Positions 48,780-62,400 of a DNA stretch of 64,000 nucleotides are shown in pieces. The notes beneath the pieces are model-generated. The model was not told where the DNA came from, searched no databases, and saw only the letters and a program-made list of their open reading frames with translations. Source of the DNA: Balanoglossus misakiensis (taxonomy: Eukaryota > Animalia > Hemichordata); assembly GCA_040954595.2 (NCBI GenBank), contig CM082577.2, positions 124,001-188,000 of the forward strand. The letters run 5' to 3'. A program made the position numbers and the translations under genes. Every line of letters starts with the position of its first letter. Position 1 is the stretch's first letter.

Positions 48780-51700
48780 CTTTAGAGACAATGACTGGGA
48801 CAGCTAATTGAGACACGTTTACCTCACAGACTAAGAGAAACTGCAATTATCTGTCGCCAAGTTAAGGGTCCCTCTATAGTGTGAAGTATTACCATCAAGA
48901 AGTGTTCTAAACTGGGTGTACTTGGTGCATGTTGAGAGTAATCGATCATTTCTCGTCCACACCGCTATCAAAGCAAAAGCACTCTGTCTTTTTTAAATCA
49001 TATGCTTCATAGAAAATTAACCCGCTCAGCACGCGTGTGTATGCTGCCATAGTGTCTTTGCGTGTCTCGGTTTTGAAGCTTGCTGTGCTTTTCAAGAAAT
49101 GTGATTTTCTCACCGTTTTTGCTTTCACCACCACTAGCGTAAGTTTTTGTGTAAGTACACCTTTGCCGTAAAAAAACTTTTTGTCTCGTTTTTATCAGCA
49201 TGTCACAATTTTTTTCTGCCTTCCATGCTCCAGTTCTTATCGATTTTGCTGTTCCTTTCAGCTCCATCGCACACCTTGGACTATTGTTCTAATCATTATC
49301 CTTTCAACAATATGGCTGACACCTTCAAATTTGATTACATCGTCATGCATCCCCCAGAAGCTCTCGGTGAATTCCGACAGGTGTCCATTTCCGAGGTCAA
49401 CGACCCGCCAGTGCCCATTACTCTGTTATCTTTAATGGAAAAATCCAATGTTATATTTAAAAAAAATACAATGGCATTGTTCGTCTAGGCCTATGCCGGA
49501 TCAATGTGCAACACGTCATAATTATTATTTTATAGAATTGGCCTTTGACGCTTTTCCGTCAGTAAAACACCAACCATAGAAATTAATGTTTATAGACACT
49601 CTTTTTATAATAGTGATGGGCATTTTGAAATGTGTTTAAACTTCCGCTCGATGACAGAGTTTCAGAAAGATATGTGCAAGCTTGCGTGAAAATCACACAC
49701 ATTGAAGTCTTTGGCAGCCATTTTTTTCAATGGTCATATTCAGAATTTTAAATGGTCATTTTGTTTCTCAAATCAAGATAGTCCCTAGTAATGTCTGAAT
49801 GAATTTTCAGTGGTTTTCAAAGTTTTCCTGCAAATAAAAGCTGAAGACTTTGCTATTTTGGTTGCCAACTGATGTCACTGGTTCGCTGGAACACATAAGC
49901 AGACATAATTTTAATTTACAATCGTGTCTACTGTGGTTTCAATGATTGGAGGTGTGGGGGCGTGGTTTTGAAGAATTTAGGGACATGAGGGCTTGAAAGA
50001 TTGACAGTCACGCTTACACGTATATCGGTGTCTCTCACGTCTAAAAATGCACGATTAACCCCAAAAGGCGTTGTAAACCTCTTTATGCCTAATCACGCTC
50101 GAGAATAATGGAACTGTTCATATTTTATTGAAACCGCCCAGTTTCGTTTCATGTACCAGCAGGCGGGGATTTGCCGTATGAAGATTACGCGTGACCTCTT
50201 TTGCCAATAAGTCGCTAAAACCTTCACCATTTGCCGCGAGTCGCAGTGATCTCTAAACTCTATTTAGACTTAGTGTATAGACTTTCTAAAGATTGTCTTG
50301 GGGTTTATCTTAACAATGCCTATAGGGCATCCACTCTCCAGAAATGCTGCAGCAGCTCAGATGGATGTTTGGTTATACATGTGATAGTTTATGCGCACGC
50401 GCGACTCTATCAGTTTGGTATGTCTTTTGTTTGTTTATGAGCAATGTAATTACAAGTTCTTAAAACACGAGCGGGATAGATAAGGAGAGTTTAATATTAT
50501 TACGTGTACATGAACAATACCATCACGGTATAGTTATGGAAACGATATTGAAAAATGCAGCTGCTTGAACTATTTACACTTTATCTTTCGCCTTGAAGGG
50601 GATTTTCTGTGTGAAAATATTTTCATTGTCACGTAAAAAAAACTGCCTTTGTATATATATTGTTTGGAATTTATAGTTTTGTTGTTATTAGCAAATTATT
50701 TTGACATTTAGTTTTTTTACGCGTACACACATTGTATGAATTTGAGTTGTTTTATAAATTAGTCTTGTTTATGGTATTTTTTAATGTGAAGTTGTCAAAA
50801 ATATATTATGATAAAACACGCTTTTCAATAATAAACGAACTTTACGAAGTTTAGTTCTTAAACGGTCGTTTCAGGCGTAATTTCTTTGACTGGTTGATTA
50901 AGCTATATTTTCGAGTTCTGTCCAACCGTTCGACCACTTGTCTACCGATCTGTTTGTCTGTCTGCCTGCCTGTCTGTTTTTCTGCTTGTCTATATCCATT
51001 TTCCGTTCGTTTGAACCACTTTGAATTGGACTTCGTCCATTTTCTTTGTTGAGATATATGCCATAAAACAGGTGAAATATAATATGGGTCAGATGGAGAC
51101 GGCTCTGACTTAAGTTTATATCGAGTCGCAGTTTATTTAGGCTTGTCGATCATAAGAAATGCCAGTTCGCATTGGACTGATTGCTGTCCGCTAAACAGAG
51201 GTCACTGACGCTGACCCCAAACAATTATATTACCCTCGATCGATATCTGAAAGCTCTGCAAAATGAGGAGCGTATGCGACTCAGTCCGTGCCATTTTTAA
51301 ACTTACGGTTCTGTTTCAACTGGAATTCCGAAAAGAAATGTCAACAACGAGTATTCGACGTGAAATTCAGTCATTTTCAGGACACTTGATTCTGAGTTTG
51401 ATAAAGATGTACATGTACTACATACATAGCACAAACTACACGTTTTACACATGTTTTTTGTTTATTTGATATTTGTACCAGCAAATATGCATCAAATTTG
51501 GTGGACATTACGCATGTATATGAATACTGCCACAGTGTATTTTGCTAGAGAGAATCAGATGTACTTCAAGGCCAGTGAGTGGGAATATTGTATACTGGGT
51601 GTTGCAATTGTGACGTTGATCTGCTCATCCAACAGTCTACCGCCCTCAGCGGCAACATATAGTATCGAGTCTGCGCGTTACGTTCGTATCGCATATTTCA

Positions 51701-52208
51701 AACATGGCGATTTCCTTGTCAGCTGTTTGATCATGTTGATAGTTCATCAAACTTTCGCGATGGAACCAAGTAACGTTTCTGTAAGCTGTTTTGTAAGGTC
51801 GTGCTAGATAACAAGGCAAGTCACCTGTATGAAATTAAGCGCAGTACCGAATCACAGCTGTTTCTGCGATGAAATGCAGCTTTAATACATGCCGTAGTTA
51901 CCATTGCCAGCGTTGTTTACGCAGTGCAACCGACCAGAATAACATTTTCAGTGTTGTCGTCACTACCTTTGTCTTAATCCAGGTGATATGTGTCACCCAA
52001 TGACCAGTCGCTTCCCAGATTTTTCGGCGCTACTTACAAGGAATCTGATCTTTTTCTTCAAATTTGCGTGGCAGTGTAAATTCCGTTTGCCGGCTCTGCT
52101 GACTTGTATATTCTGGGGACTTGACATTCGACTGCAAATCGAAATAAACTTTCACCCTTGATGATGTGAGTGTAGTTCCTCATCTGATTTTGTAGGGTCT
52201 TGATCACC

Positions 52209-53441
52209 ATGGCGGAATATTCAAGTGATTTACGCGATCTAATCTGCGTTTCACGACTTACAATTAGAGATAGCGATGAGGAACTCAGTGACAATGAATA
52301 TGGACTGCCCTCGTCTTTCGATTCCTTGAGCCTTGATAGTAGACCTGGTACCGCAACAAATTATTTTGGAAGAAACGAAAGTGGATATTGTTCGCCAAAT
52401 GGAGCACTTTTCCAGCCAAGACCGCCGTCGTCATCGTCATCAAGACAAAATTCATCGGGTGCAAGGCCCAAAAGCAGGAGTTCAGCTGCAAGAACAACCA
52501 GTTCACTTTCAGCCACTGATGTTGGCAATACTAGTAGCCAAGCCCTACCGAAGTTTGGTCATCCATTTAAGAGGGAGCCACTGCCTCCTGTTGGTGGTGG
52601 TGGTGGTGGCAGTTCAAGACCATCATCCAGTAGTAGCTCAAACAGTGACCTGCCAAGCAAACCGCCTGGCCTGTCAGCTGCAAGCAAACAGGGAAACTTT
52701 GATCCCATGCTCGAATTTCTTGACCCGGCTGCCGTCGGCGGTTGGCTGAAGCGTGCAAACGAGATGGTCAGTGAAATTTCCATGTGGTGTCACTCAGAAG
52801 ACAACTTTGTCCACTTTGCCCACTTCTGGCTGAAGGAGTTTCAAGATGCTCAAAAGGACGAGATCTTCCAATTAGAAGTTTCGATAATAAACGACGAGTT
52901 CACGGTGGCATTTGCAGAGGGCATCCGGGCTGGCCAGGTGGAACTGTTGGACTTGAATCGCCTGCAGGCGGCGGTGTTTAGAGAGTACCCCGCCAAGCTG
53001 CGCAGCTCGAAGGGAGCGCATCTCTTCCTGAACATCCTCGACACAATCTCCTCGGAGAGGAAAGACGAATACAAACAGCTGCTGTCAGACGTGAAGATCT
53101 CCACCAGGAATAAACAATTTGCCCAGCTCATGCTGGCCACCCGCTCCTTTGTTCTCCTCAACATATGGTATGCTGTGATCAACTTTTACCGCAATGTGAA
53201 GAGCAGGGGAGCAGTTGGCGGTGACATCACCAGTAAGAAAAACCAGTCTGTGTCCAGCAAAGAGAGTACTACCGAATCAAGAGCATTCCAGGCTGCCCAG
53301 TATGGCTATGCCGAAGTCCTCTACTATCTGATGAAGTGCAAGAAATTGAACCCCAAGGTCACAGACCAGAATGGTAGAACATTGATTTTTACGTCAGTGA
53401 TGCACAACCAGCCAGTTGTTCTCTCATTTCTTCTTACCAAG
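52209..53441 (+). CDS. Ankyrin-repeat protein with FAM220A/SIPAR-like domain, coding exon 1 (411 codons)
   Basis: Acceptor ctgattttgtag ends at 52195, accATGg at 52209, donor AAG|GTAAGT after 53441 (phase 0). Ser-rich N-terminus, then a helical domain (WCHSEDNFVHFAHFWL...SSERKDEYKQLLSDVK), then ankyrin-like AAQYGYAEVLYYL and DQNGRTLIFTSVMHNQPVVLSFLL. Confidence 0.88.
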
Positions 53442-54922
53442 GTAAGTCTGCACAAACAGGAAGTCATGTCAATCATATATCAGCATGCATACCGTCTATG
53501 CCAATATGATGTGCTAAAATATTCTCCCACAAAGGAAGAGAATAAACTAGACTTCTACAGTTCTTCAAACAGACATTTACAAACGTCATGTTTGTTTGTT
53601 TGAAGGCAAACTGTAATTTATGCAATATGTGGCTGCTAACCAGTGACATACATACACATGTATGTGTATTTTGGACTGTTTCATTGAACTTCAACGTTAG
53701 TGTAAAATTCAGTGAAAGTTTTGCACTGGGGTCTCATATCTGTTAGCCGAGCATGTATATTCAGGCTCCCTCAAAACATCGCTTGGCCGATATGGGATGA
53801 CAGAATTGTGAGATTGACAAGCGCCATCATGTAGCTGTAAATAGCCAAGGAGTAGCTGATCACGTACACTGTAACTCCTGTTATTGCATTGTACACACTT
53901 GGCCTGCTACACACCCAAAGATTGTGCAGAACATAACAGAGTGTAAGACATGCATGTTTTGTTACCTGTATTTAGAACAGGAGTGTCAGTGATAATCAAG
54001 AGAAAGCAGTGATACACCTATGATCAGAGTGAATCTAATAAACGTACAGCTCTGTATGATTGCATTTTGTATGACTGGCCATCTGATGATTTACAGCAAA
54101 ATCCAACTCAACATAAAGTCAGAGTGTCCATACAGCCACTTTGGTGCTTTGCAATAGTATACAGTTGTAATATGGAAATTTTGGGCTAGTAAAAGTCTGA
54201 TTTCTGAGAGGCTGTAGCTGGTTGAAAAAATGAATAAATAGGCTTACTCGGGAATAAAAAGTTACAAATGACTACTGCAATATTCTAAGGAAATGTTTGC
54301 TGAAGAAGTTGCATGACAGCAGTATAAACAAATACAGTGGTGAGCCCATATGTAGCAGTATGTCTATCTACACAACTGTGTGTGTTAAAGTACACAATAT
54401 TGTTTGTACTGGGATGTATTTGCTTTCCCGATTTCACCTGTTACTGCATATGCATTGTGATTATACCGATATTTTCAAGAAAATAAAACCAGTATTTTTT
54501 CACTTGTGATATGAAAATGATATTGCATTTAACAGTCCCTGTTGAAAGTTCCTTTAAGCTAATCTAAATTCCTAAAATTTAACTGCCAACAATAACAATG
54601 CTGGCTGTGTATATATAGGCTGAAAGCTGAATACTGGGGGTGTGTCAGCATGCTACTAATTATCAAAAGTTGCAGCTGGAAACTCACAGAGCTATCCCGA
54701 CATGATATAAGTTGAGGAAAAGTTATTACCTGCACAGCAATTTGTGAGATGGTTCTTGATTTCTAGCTGATGGTGAACTCTTCATATCTACCTGTTCAAA
54801 ATGAAGGAATTTGCATGTGACGTACATAGGGGAAAAATTAAGAGCAAGAAATTCATCAATTTATCAAAAATGCAATCAGACATGTCAGAGACAAAAGTGG
54901 TATTTGTGATTTCTTTGTGTAG

Positions 54923-55103
54923 GTGCAGGTGAGAGCTGACATCAACCATGCCGCTGATACAGGCAACACAGCCATGCATGCGGCAGCCAACCTGGGATAT
55001 GCCAACATGGTCAAGATCTTGCATCAAAAAGGGAGAGCCAGTGTCAACGTGACCAATGCCCACTGTGACAACGCAACGCCACTGCATCTCGCCGTCATGC
55101 ATG
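54923..55103 (+). CDS. Ankyrin-repeat protein, coding exon 2
   Basis: Acceptor ttctttgtgtag (alternative AG at 54928) and donor G|GTAAGT (phase 1). Canonical ankyrin motifs GNTAMHAAANLGYANMVKIL and ATPLHLAVMHG. Confidence 0.9.
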
Positions 55104-56402
55104 GTAAGTAGTTCAGAATGGGACAAGGTCGCGCGACACGGTCGTTTGTATTCTGGTCAGGCAAGGTAACATCCATTTGATTGCTATCGTCTTCAAACCA
55201 CAAATCAAGATGGATGTTCTGCTTAATGAAATCCTGCAATGCCTTAAGTCCCTTTGAAATGCAGAATGAAGTTTCACATAAAGGGGGGGGGGGGGGGTGT
55301 ATTATCATAGACTGAAGAAGGGTTAACCAGTTCCGCAAAATGCTACCAAATCTCACAAGAGTGTATATGGTTATAGATTTCTTGGTTAATTTCAATTTTC
55401 AGATTCATCAAAAGTATCTTTACCTAATCCCTTTAAATTGCAAATTCCAGATGTGAGAGGTCACGGTATTTGAATAACTTAGGCATGTATGTTTTACTTT
55501 TACGTCCAGGTTCAGTGTTTTGTCAAGTGCTTTCCAGGCTATTTGTTACCAAGGCAGGTCTGATTTGATATCTTTGAAAAATCCATTTCACACGTTTCTT
55601 TTCTTCACTGTATCTTCTTAGAATTCAAAACCATCCCCATTATCATCAGTAATATGACACGACACTTTCTGATTTGAAAAGATAAGATACTTCAGACGCC
55701 AAGATGAGTCATCCCTACATGTATGTCACATGCTGATATTCAAATTGTGCAGACAGTTGGTTACATTTTGGAAAGTTCCTTTCTCTCATTTCTGCCCACG
55801 GTACAATTCTTTTACAAAACATCAATGATGGTGGGCATCTATGCATGGTGTGCATCTCATGTTTTGTTGCATGCTGCTATTTCAATCCCTGCCTGGTCGC
55901 CAGCTAGCCCAGGCGGAAAGCACTTTCCAAACAGGAAATCTGATGAGTTTCCAGTGGCTGAACGCTGGAAAGGAAATGGGGAAATGGGTCATCTGATGCC
56001 TTGAAAGCCAACACAGTGGTAGTCCACTTGTACCTTGAGAGAACAGACTCGGCCATCCATTACGGCATCCACTTCACTTTTTTCTTCTCAGAATCTGGAG
56101 TTGCAATAAAATACACACACCTGTAGCTCATAGCAGATTAAACACATGTGAAATTTTCCTGCTCATACTGTGGAGCATTAAAATGCATGTGCGGTTGGCT
56201 TAATCTCACTCCATCTATGACTCATGCCGATGGATGATATCAAGGGACGGCACCACTTTGCTCGTCTTTTAGAGGAGAAATGTAAGCGTGTGAGGAAAAC
56301 TGATAACATGATTGTACCATGCCCTCATTACATTTGCTCTGCTTTCAGTGTGATATCACTGTCTCACCAAAGTTGTGTTGTTTTTTTATGAACGTCAACC
56401 AG

Positions 56403-56575
56403 GTCATAAAGAAGTGTGTGAAGTTCTGGTTCAAGCAGGTGCCAACACAAATGCCAAGATGGATGACTTGACCCCACTGCAGATGGCCAGAGATATGGAC
56501 CAAGGGGAAATCTTACAAGTACTCTTGACCTCAACACTTGGGGGCGCTGCTCCACCAGAAAGTATGGAAACCTAG
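56403..56575 (+). CDS. Ankyrin-repeat protein, terminal coding exon
   Basis: Acceptor ...caaccag at 56402. The phase-1 join gives G-HKEVCEVLVQAGANTN...LTPLQMA, completing the ankyrin repeat. TAG stop at 56573-56575. Confidence 0.9.
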
Positions 56576-58581
56576 CTGTCATACATTCGATCTCTAAAAC
56601 ATTTTATTTTAGAAATGGCCAAATCCCAGTGTTTAATGACATGATAAAGGTTACATCCGACTTTGCAGAATATTAAGTCTGATTTTTACATGGACACTTC
56701 CATGGTAAGATTTTCTTAAAATTAATCTGCAGTATCAATGTGTATAAGACTCCATGGTAATTTCATTGAATGGATTTATACCTGTAAATAAAGTAAAGGT
56801 TTCCATTTTACGCAAATTTCAGAATGCAAATTTCTCAATGCATACAAAGAACCTTAGGATTGTAATGGTTGGAGAGATAAAAGATATTTTGTTAATTGAT
56901 TTTCAAATTTCAGACATCTAGTTTATGGTCTATTCTTAAAGTGTTTTTGTAGCCGACTGTGATTGATCTGAAAACTAAAGGACTCAAAATGAATGACAAG
57001 AAAATGCTACCAGTGAAATGTGCGTGCATTAGCAACAGTTTGTTATCCCCACAACTCTTGGAAAATCAATTGGGGAATATCTTTGAGTGGGTGAATCCCC
57101 TGGTAGGAGTTGTGTCCATGCAAGTTTTTAAACCTGCAAAGAATTCAGCATTTAAAAGGGTAAATTATTCCTGGAGTGCCGGCGCAACAGTGATGTCACA
57201 CTGTGCTCTTTAGGTCACTTCCTCCCCAGTCCAGATTTCCAACAGAGAAAGGCATACCGTTTTTTTACTGAGGCATTCTCCTTGTTTGGGAGTCTGCCAG
57301 CCTACACAAGGCTTTTATTTCAATTTTATTTTTGCAGCCAAGACATGGGGAGCAGATGAATCTCTGCAAGGATAAAAAAAATCCCAGGTGCAAACTCTTC
57401 AGATTCAATATTTGTTAGTACATGAGTTACGGTGATCAGATACGTCACAACTCCTTTGTGTAGTTTGCATTTAGAAACTCAGTGGGGATATATAGTGGCT
57501 CCCCAAGTAACTGGTCCAGCGAGCAGACAGATAAAATAACAGCTGATTCGTGTGAGTGTGTATCTGTTTTGAATTTCGCAAAACTCAATCTCCAGATTTA
57601 TTTTGTCTGGTCTTTGGTTCCTGTTAATTTTTCCCAAAGAGTATGCTTTTATTTCTGTATTTCCTCTTTTCTCTGTTTTCTTGTATTCTGTTTTTTCTGA
57701 ACTGAATTTAATCGTATGCTTCAGTTTGATAAGATGGTGCAGTTTTGTGAGGAAGACAAACTTTATGGCAGCAAGAGAGTGAAATAAATGGCTATAGTGT
57801 CAAGGATTTCGTCTGAGCCATCCTTTATGGTGCTGTGTACAGCTGTCACATCTTCTCTATTTACTCCAAGAAAATAAAAGTTTCACACTTCGACAAATTG
57901 ACACTTTCAAATCTGCATCTGCATACATGTACATTTGTATTATATTACGACATTCGTTTGAACAAAATCTTGTCTACAAATAAAAAAACAACAACAATAT
58001 ACCAAAGTATATAGTGCAATAGCTCAACATCTACGGTCGAATCAAACTGCTTTCCAGTGTTTTTACTCGACTGGTTGCGATTTACTACAATCTGGAAATT
58101 GAAACTTTTTTTCCGTGACAGAAACGTCCCCATTTTTAGTATTCAAACAATTAAAATAGGTTTACTTTGTCCAGATCTAGAAGTCAATGTCGCTTTCTAA
58201 GATTTATCTTATTTGTAACGGGGGCGGACATTTTAGACGGTTTTATCATTTTCGCATTTTATACCTACTCTCATCTACAGTTTTAACAATGCTCGAAAGG
58301 TACGTTTTATTCGAATTGATAATGGAAAAAAAACGAATGTGTGTGAATATTTCCGGTCATATTGGTGGTTCTCCATGCTCATCTTGGAAACACCTGCAAT
58401 AAATATAAATCTAGAAAGAGCATTTTATCTGTGTCGCGCGGACCAAATCAATGGATGTCTGCCTCTCGGAGATAGTACAGGGATGAGTCATTCTTCTTTA
58501 AATGCAGAAGTATGATCTGATAGCTCACTCGTGGTGAGAAATGTATTTCACCCGCAGCTCTCGATTCACATTGCACGATAG

Positions 58582-58667
58582 CACTTCCGACCTCGATAAC
58601 CGTCGCATTGTCCCGCGTCTTCGATAGCAGACACACTTCCCGTCGACGTGACGTCATCGGTCCAATC
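58582..58667. promoter_or_regulatory. Putative promoter (ETS, CRE and CCAAT motifs)
   Basis: ACTTCCG 58583-58589, CACTTCC 58634-58640, TGACGTCA 58649-58656 and CCAATCA 58662-58668, clustered in a CpG-containing patch. Confidence 0.45.
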
Positions 58668-59444
58668 ACTGCAGGTCCTCCAGACTGATAGGGCGCGTCC
58701 TTTTGTTTTATCAGTCTGTATCTGTGCAAAAGTAGAGACCCACAAGAAATAGGTTTATCATAGTACAGCAGGAACGTGGTAACTCGCATGTTTTATACAG
58801 AGGCGAACGACTTCTGTATTAAAGTCAACTTAGGTCGATCTCCTGGTTTATCCTGACTTCGTTCGGCCAATGATCCCGGTTTACTTATTGATGGGACCAA
58901 AAGTTTCACCGGAAAATTGAAAGTCACCCCCATGTTTGTTTGCCCTTTAACACAACGAATTTTGAAGGATTACAATCACACGTAATTTACATATAATATA
59001 CATTTATATGGTTAAAAGGGCGCGTCTAAGTATTCGAATGACCGACCATGTGGTATCGCACTCTTAGTAAATTGTGAAATTGGTATTCATGTATATCGTT
59101 CCATCCTTTCAATATGAACAATACGTTGTGTTTTCTTTGCTTTTGAAAATTCATAGCGGATCCCCCTCTTACTTTCACTGAATTTTACATATTGGCAAGC
59201 TTTTGCCATTGCCCGATGGGACTCGTCATCACCTTTAATATATGCTCAATACTAGAGGAATCATCGGAGAATCACGGAACACGGAGGATGTTAACCTTTT
59301 GGAGCGACCTCTAATGTGGGTCACCCTGTTTAACACCAAGGTATTGATTTCTTCCGAATGCAGACTGAATGTTAAACAGAAAGATTTTCGCCGAGCTGTT
59401 GATGGCAGTTCTCTTCAAGTGAGTTACAGTTGCACTGGTGAACA

Positions 59445-62400
59445 GTCAAAAAATGACGAAATTTCGATATTTCGGAAAGTCGAAAAGTTGTCATTTTTTG
59501 ATTATTTTCATGAGCTATAACCCATGATTTTATGGGTTATAGCTCATGAAAATCATCCAAAAATGACAATTTTTCGACTTTGCGAAATATCGAAATTTCG
59601 TCATTTTTTGACAAAAATCATGGGTTATAGCTCATGAAAATCATCCAAAAATGCCAATTTTTCAACTTTGCGAAATATCGAAATTTCGTCATATTTTGAC
59701 AAAAATCATGGGTTATAGCTCATGAAAATCATCCAAAAATGACAATTTTTCGACTTTGTGAAATATCGAAATTTAGTCATTTTTTGACAAAAATCATGTG
59801 TTATAGCTCATGAAAATCATCCAAAAAAGACAATTTTTCGACTTTGCGAAATATCGAAATTTCGTCATTTTTTGACAAAAACCATGGGTTATAGCTCATG
59901 AAAAACATCCAAAAGTGACAATTTTTCGACTTTGCGAAAGATCGAAATTTCGTCATTTTTTGACAAAAACCATGGGTTATAGCTCATGAAAATCATCCAA
60001 AAATGACAATTTTTCGACTTTGCGAAAGATCAAAATTTCGTCATTTTTTGTCAAAAATCATTGGTTATAGCTCATGAAAATCATCCAAAAATGACAATTT
60101 TTCGACTTTGCGAAATATCGAAATTTAGTCATTTTTTGACAAAAACCATGGGTTATAGCTCATGAAAAACATCCAAAAGTGACAATTTTTCGAATTTGCG
60201 AAAGATCGAAATTTCGTCATTTTTTGACAAAAACCATGGGTTATAGCTCATGAAAAACTTCCAAAAGTGACAATTTTTCGACTTTGCTAAATATCGAAAT
60301 TTCGTCATTTTTTGACAAAAATCATGGGTTATAGCCCATGAAAATCATCCAAAAATGACTATTTTTCGACTTTGCGAAAGATTGAAATTTCGTCATTTTT
60401 TGACAAAAATCATGGGTTATAGCTCATGAAAATCATCCAAAAATGTCAATTTTTCGACTTTGCGAAATATCGAAATTTCGTCATTTTTTAAAAAAAATCA
60501 TGGGTTATATAGCTCATGAAAATCATCCACAAATGACAATTTTTCGACTTTGCGAAATTTCAAAATTTCTTCATTTTTTGAAAAAATCATGGGTTATAGC
60601 TCATGAAAATCATCCACAAATGACAATTTTTCGACTTTGCGAAATTTCTAAATTTCTTCATTTTTTGAAAAAATCATGGGTTATAGCTCATGAAAATCAT
60701 CCACAAATGACAATTTTTCGACTTTGCGAAATTTCAAAATTTCTTCATTTTTTGAAAAAATCATGGGTTATAGCTCATGAAAATCATCCACAAATGACAA
60801 TTTTTCGACTTTGCGAAATTTCAAAATTTCTTCATTTTTTGAAAAAATCATGGGTTATAGCTCATGAAACTCATCCACAAATGACAATTTTTCGACTTTC
60901 CGAAATTTCAAAATTTCTTCATTTTTTGAAAAAATCATGGGTTATAGCTCATGAAAATCATCCACAAATGACAATTTTTCGACTTTGCGAAATTTCAAAA
61001 TTTCTTCATTTTTTGAAAAAATCATGGGTTATAGCTCATGAAAATCATCCACAAATGACAATTTTTCGACTTTCCGAAATTTCAAAATTTCTTCATTTTT
61101 TGAAAAAATCATGGGTTATAGCTCATGAAACTCATCCACAAATGACAATTTTTCGACTTTCCGAAATTTCAAAATTTCTTCATTTTTTGAAAAAATCATG
61201 GGTTATAGCTCATGAAACTCATCCACAAATGACAATTTTTCGACTTTCCGAAATTTCAAAATTTCTTCATTTTTTGAAAAAATCATGGGTTATAGCTCAT
61301 GAAAATCATCCACAAATGACAATTTTTCGACTTTGCGAAATTTCAAAATTAGTTCATTTTTTGAAAAAATCATGGGTTATAGCTCATGAAAATCATCCAC
61401 AAATGACAATTTTTCGACTTTGCGAAATTTCAAAATTTCTTCATTTTTTGAAAATATCATGGGTTATAGCTCATGAAAATCATCCACAAATGAAATTTCA
61501 AAATTTCTTCATTTTTTGAAAATATCATGGGTTATAGCTCATGAAAATCATCCACAAATGACAATTTTTCGACTTTCCGAAATTTCAAAATTTCTTCATT
61601 TTTTGAAAAAATCATGGGTTATAGCTCATGAAAATCATCCACAAATGACAATTTTTCGACTTTCCGAAATTTCAAAATTTCTTCATTTTTTGAAAATATC
61701 ATGGGTTATAGCTCATGAAAATCATCCACAAATGACAATTTTTCGACTTTACGAAATTTCAAAATTTCTTCATTTTTTGAAAAAAATCATGGGTTATAGC
61801 TCATGAAAATCATCCACAAATGACAATTTTTCGACTTTCCGAAATTTCAAAATGTCTTCATTTTTTGAAAAAATCATGGGTTATAGCTCATGAAAATCAT
61901 CCACAAATGACAATTTTTCGACTTTCCGAAATTTCAAAATTTCTTCATTTTTTGAAAAAATCATGGATTATAGCTCATGAAAATCATCCACAAATGACAA
62001 ATTTTCGACTTTCCGAAATTTCAAAATTTCTTCATTTTTTGAAAAAATCATGTGTTATAGCTCATGAAAATCATCCACAAATGACAATTTTTCGACTTTG
62101 CGAAATTTCAAAATTTCTTCATTTTTTGAAAAAATCATGGGTTATAGCTCATGAAAATCATCCACAAATGACAATTTTTCGACTTTCCGAAATTTCAAAA
62201 TTTCTTCATTTTTTGAAAATATCATGGGTTATAGCTCATGAAAATCATCCACAAATGACAATTTTTCGACTTTACGAAATTTCAAAATTTCTTCATTTTT
62301 TGAAAAAAATCATGGGTTATAGCTCATGAAAATCATCCACAAATGACAATTTTTCGACTTTCCGAAATTTCAAAATGTCTTCATTTTTTGAAAAAATCAT

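Noticed and set aside
53442-53603. C-terminal 53 codons of the 467-aa ORF-track protein
   Set aside because: Read-through into the intron after the AAG|GTAAGT donor; the ankyrin repeats continue in the downstream exons.
12865-55297. Scattered G/C homopolymer runs (~12865, 24485, 24660, 30568, 47254, 55283)
   Set aside because: Simple mononucleotide tracts with no consistent position relative to genes.
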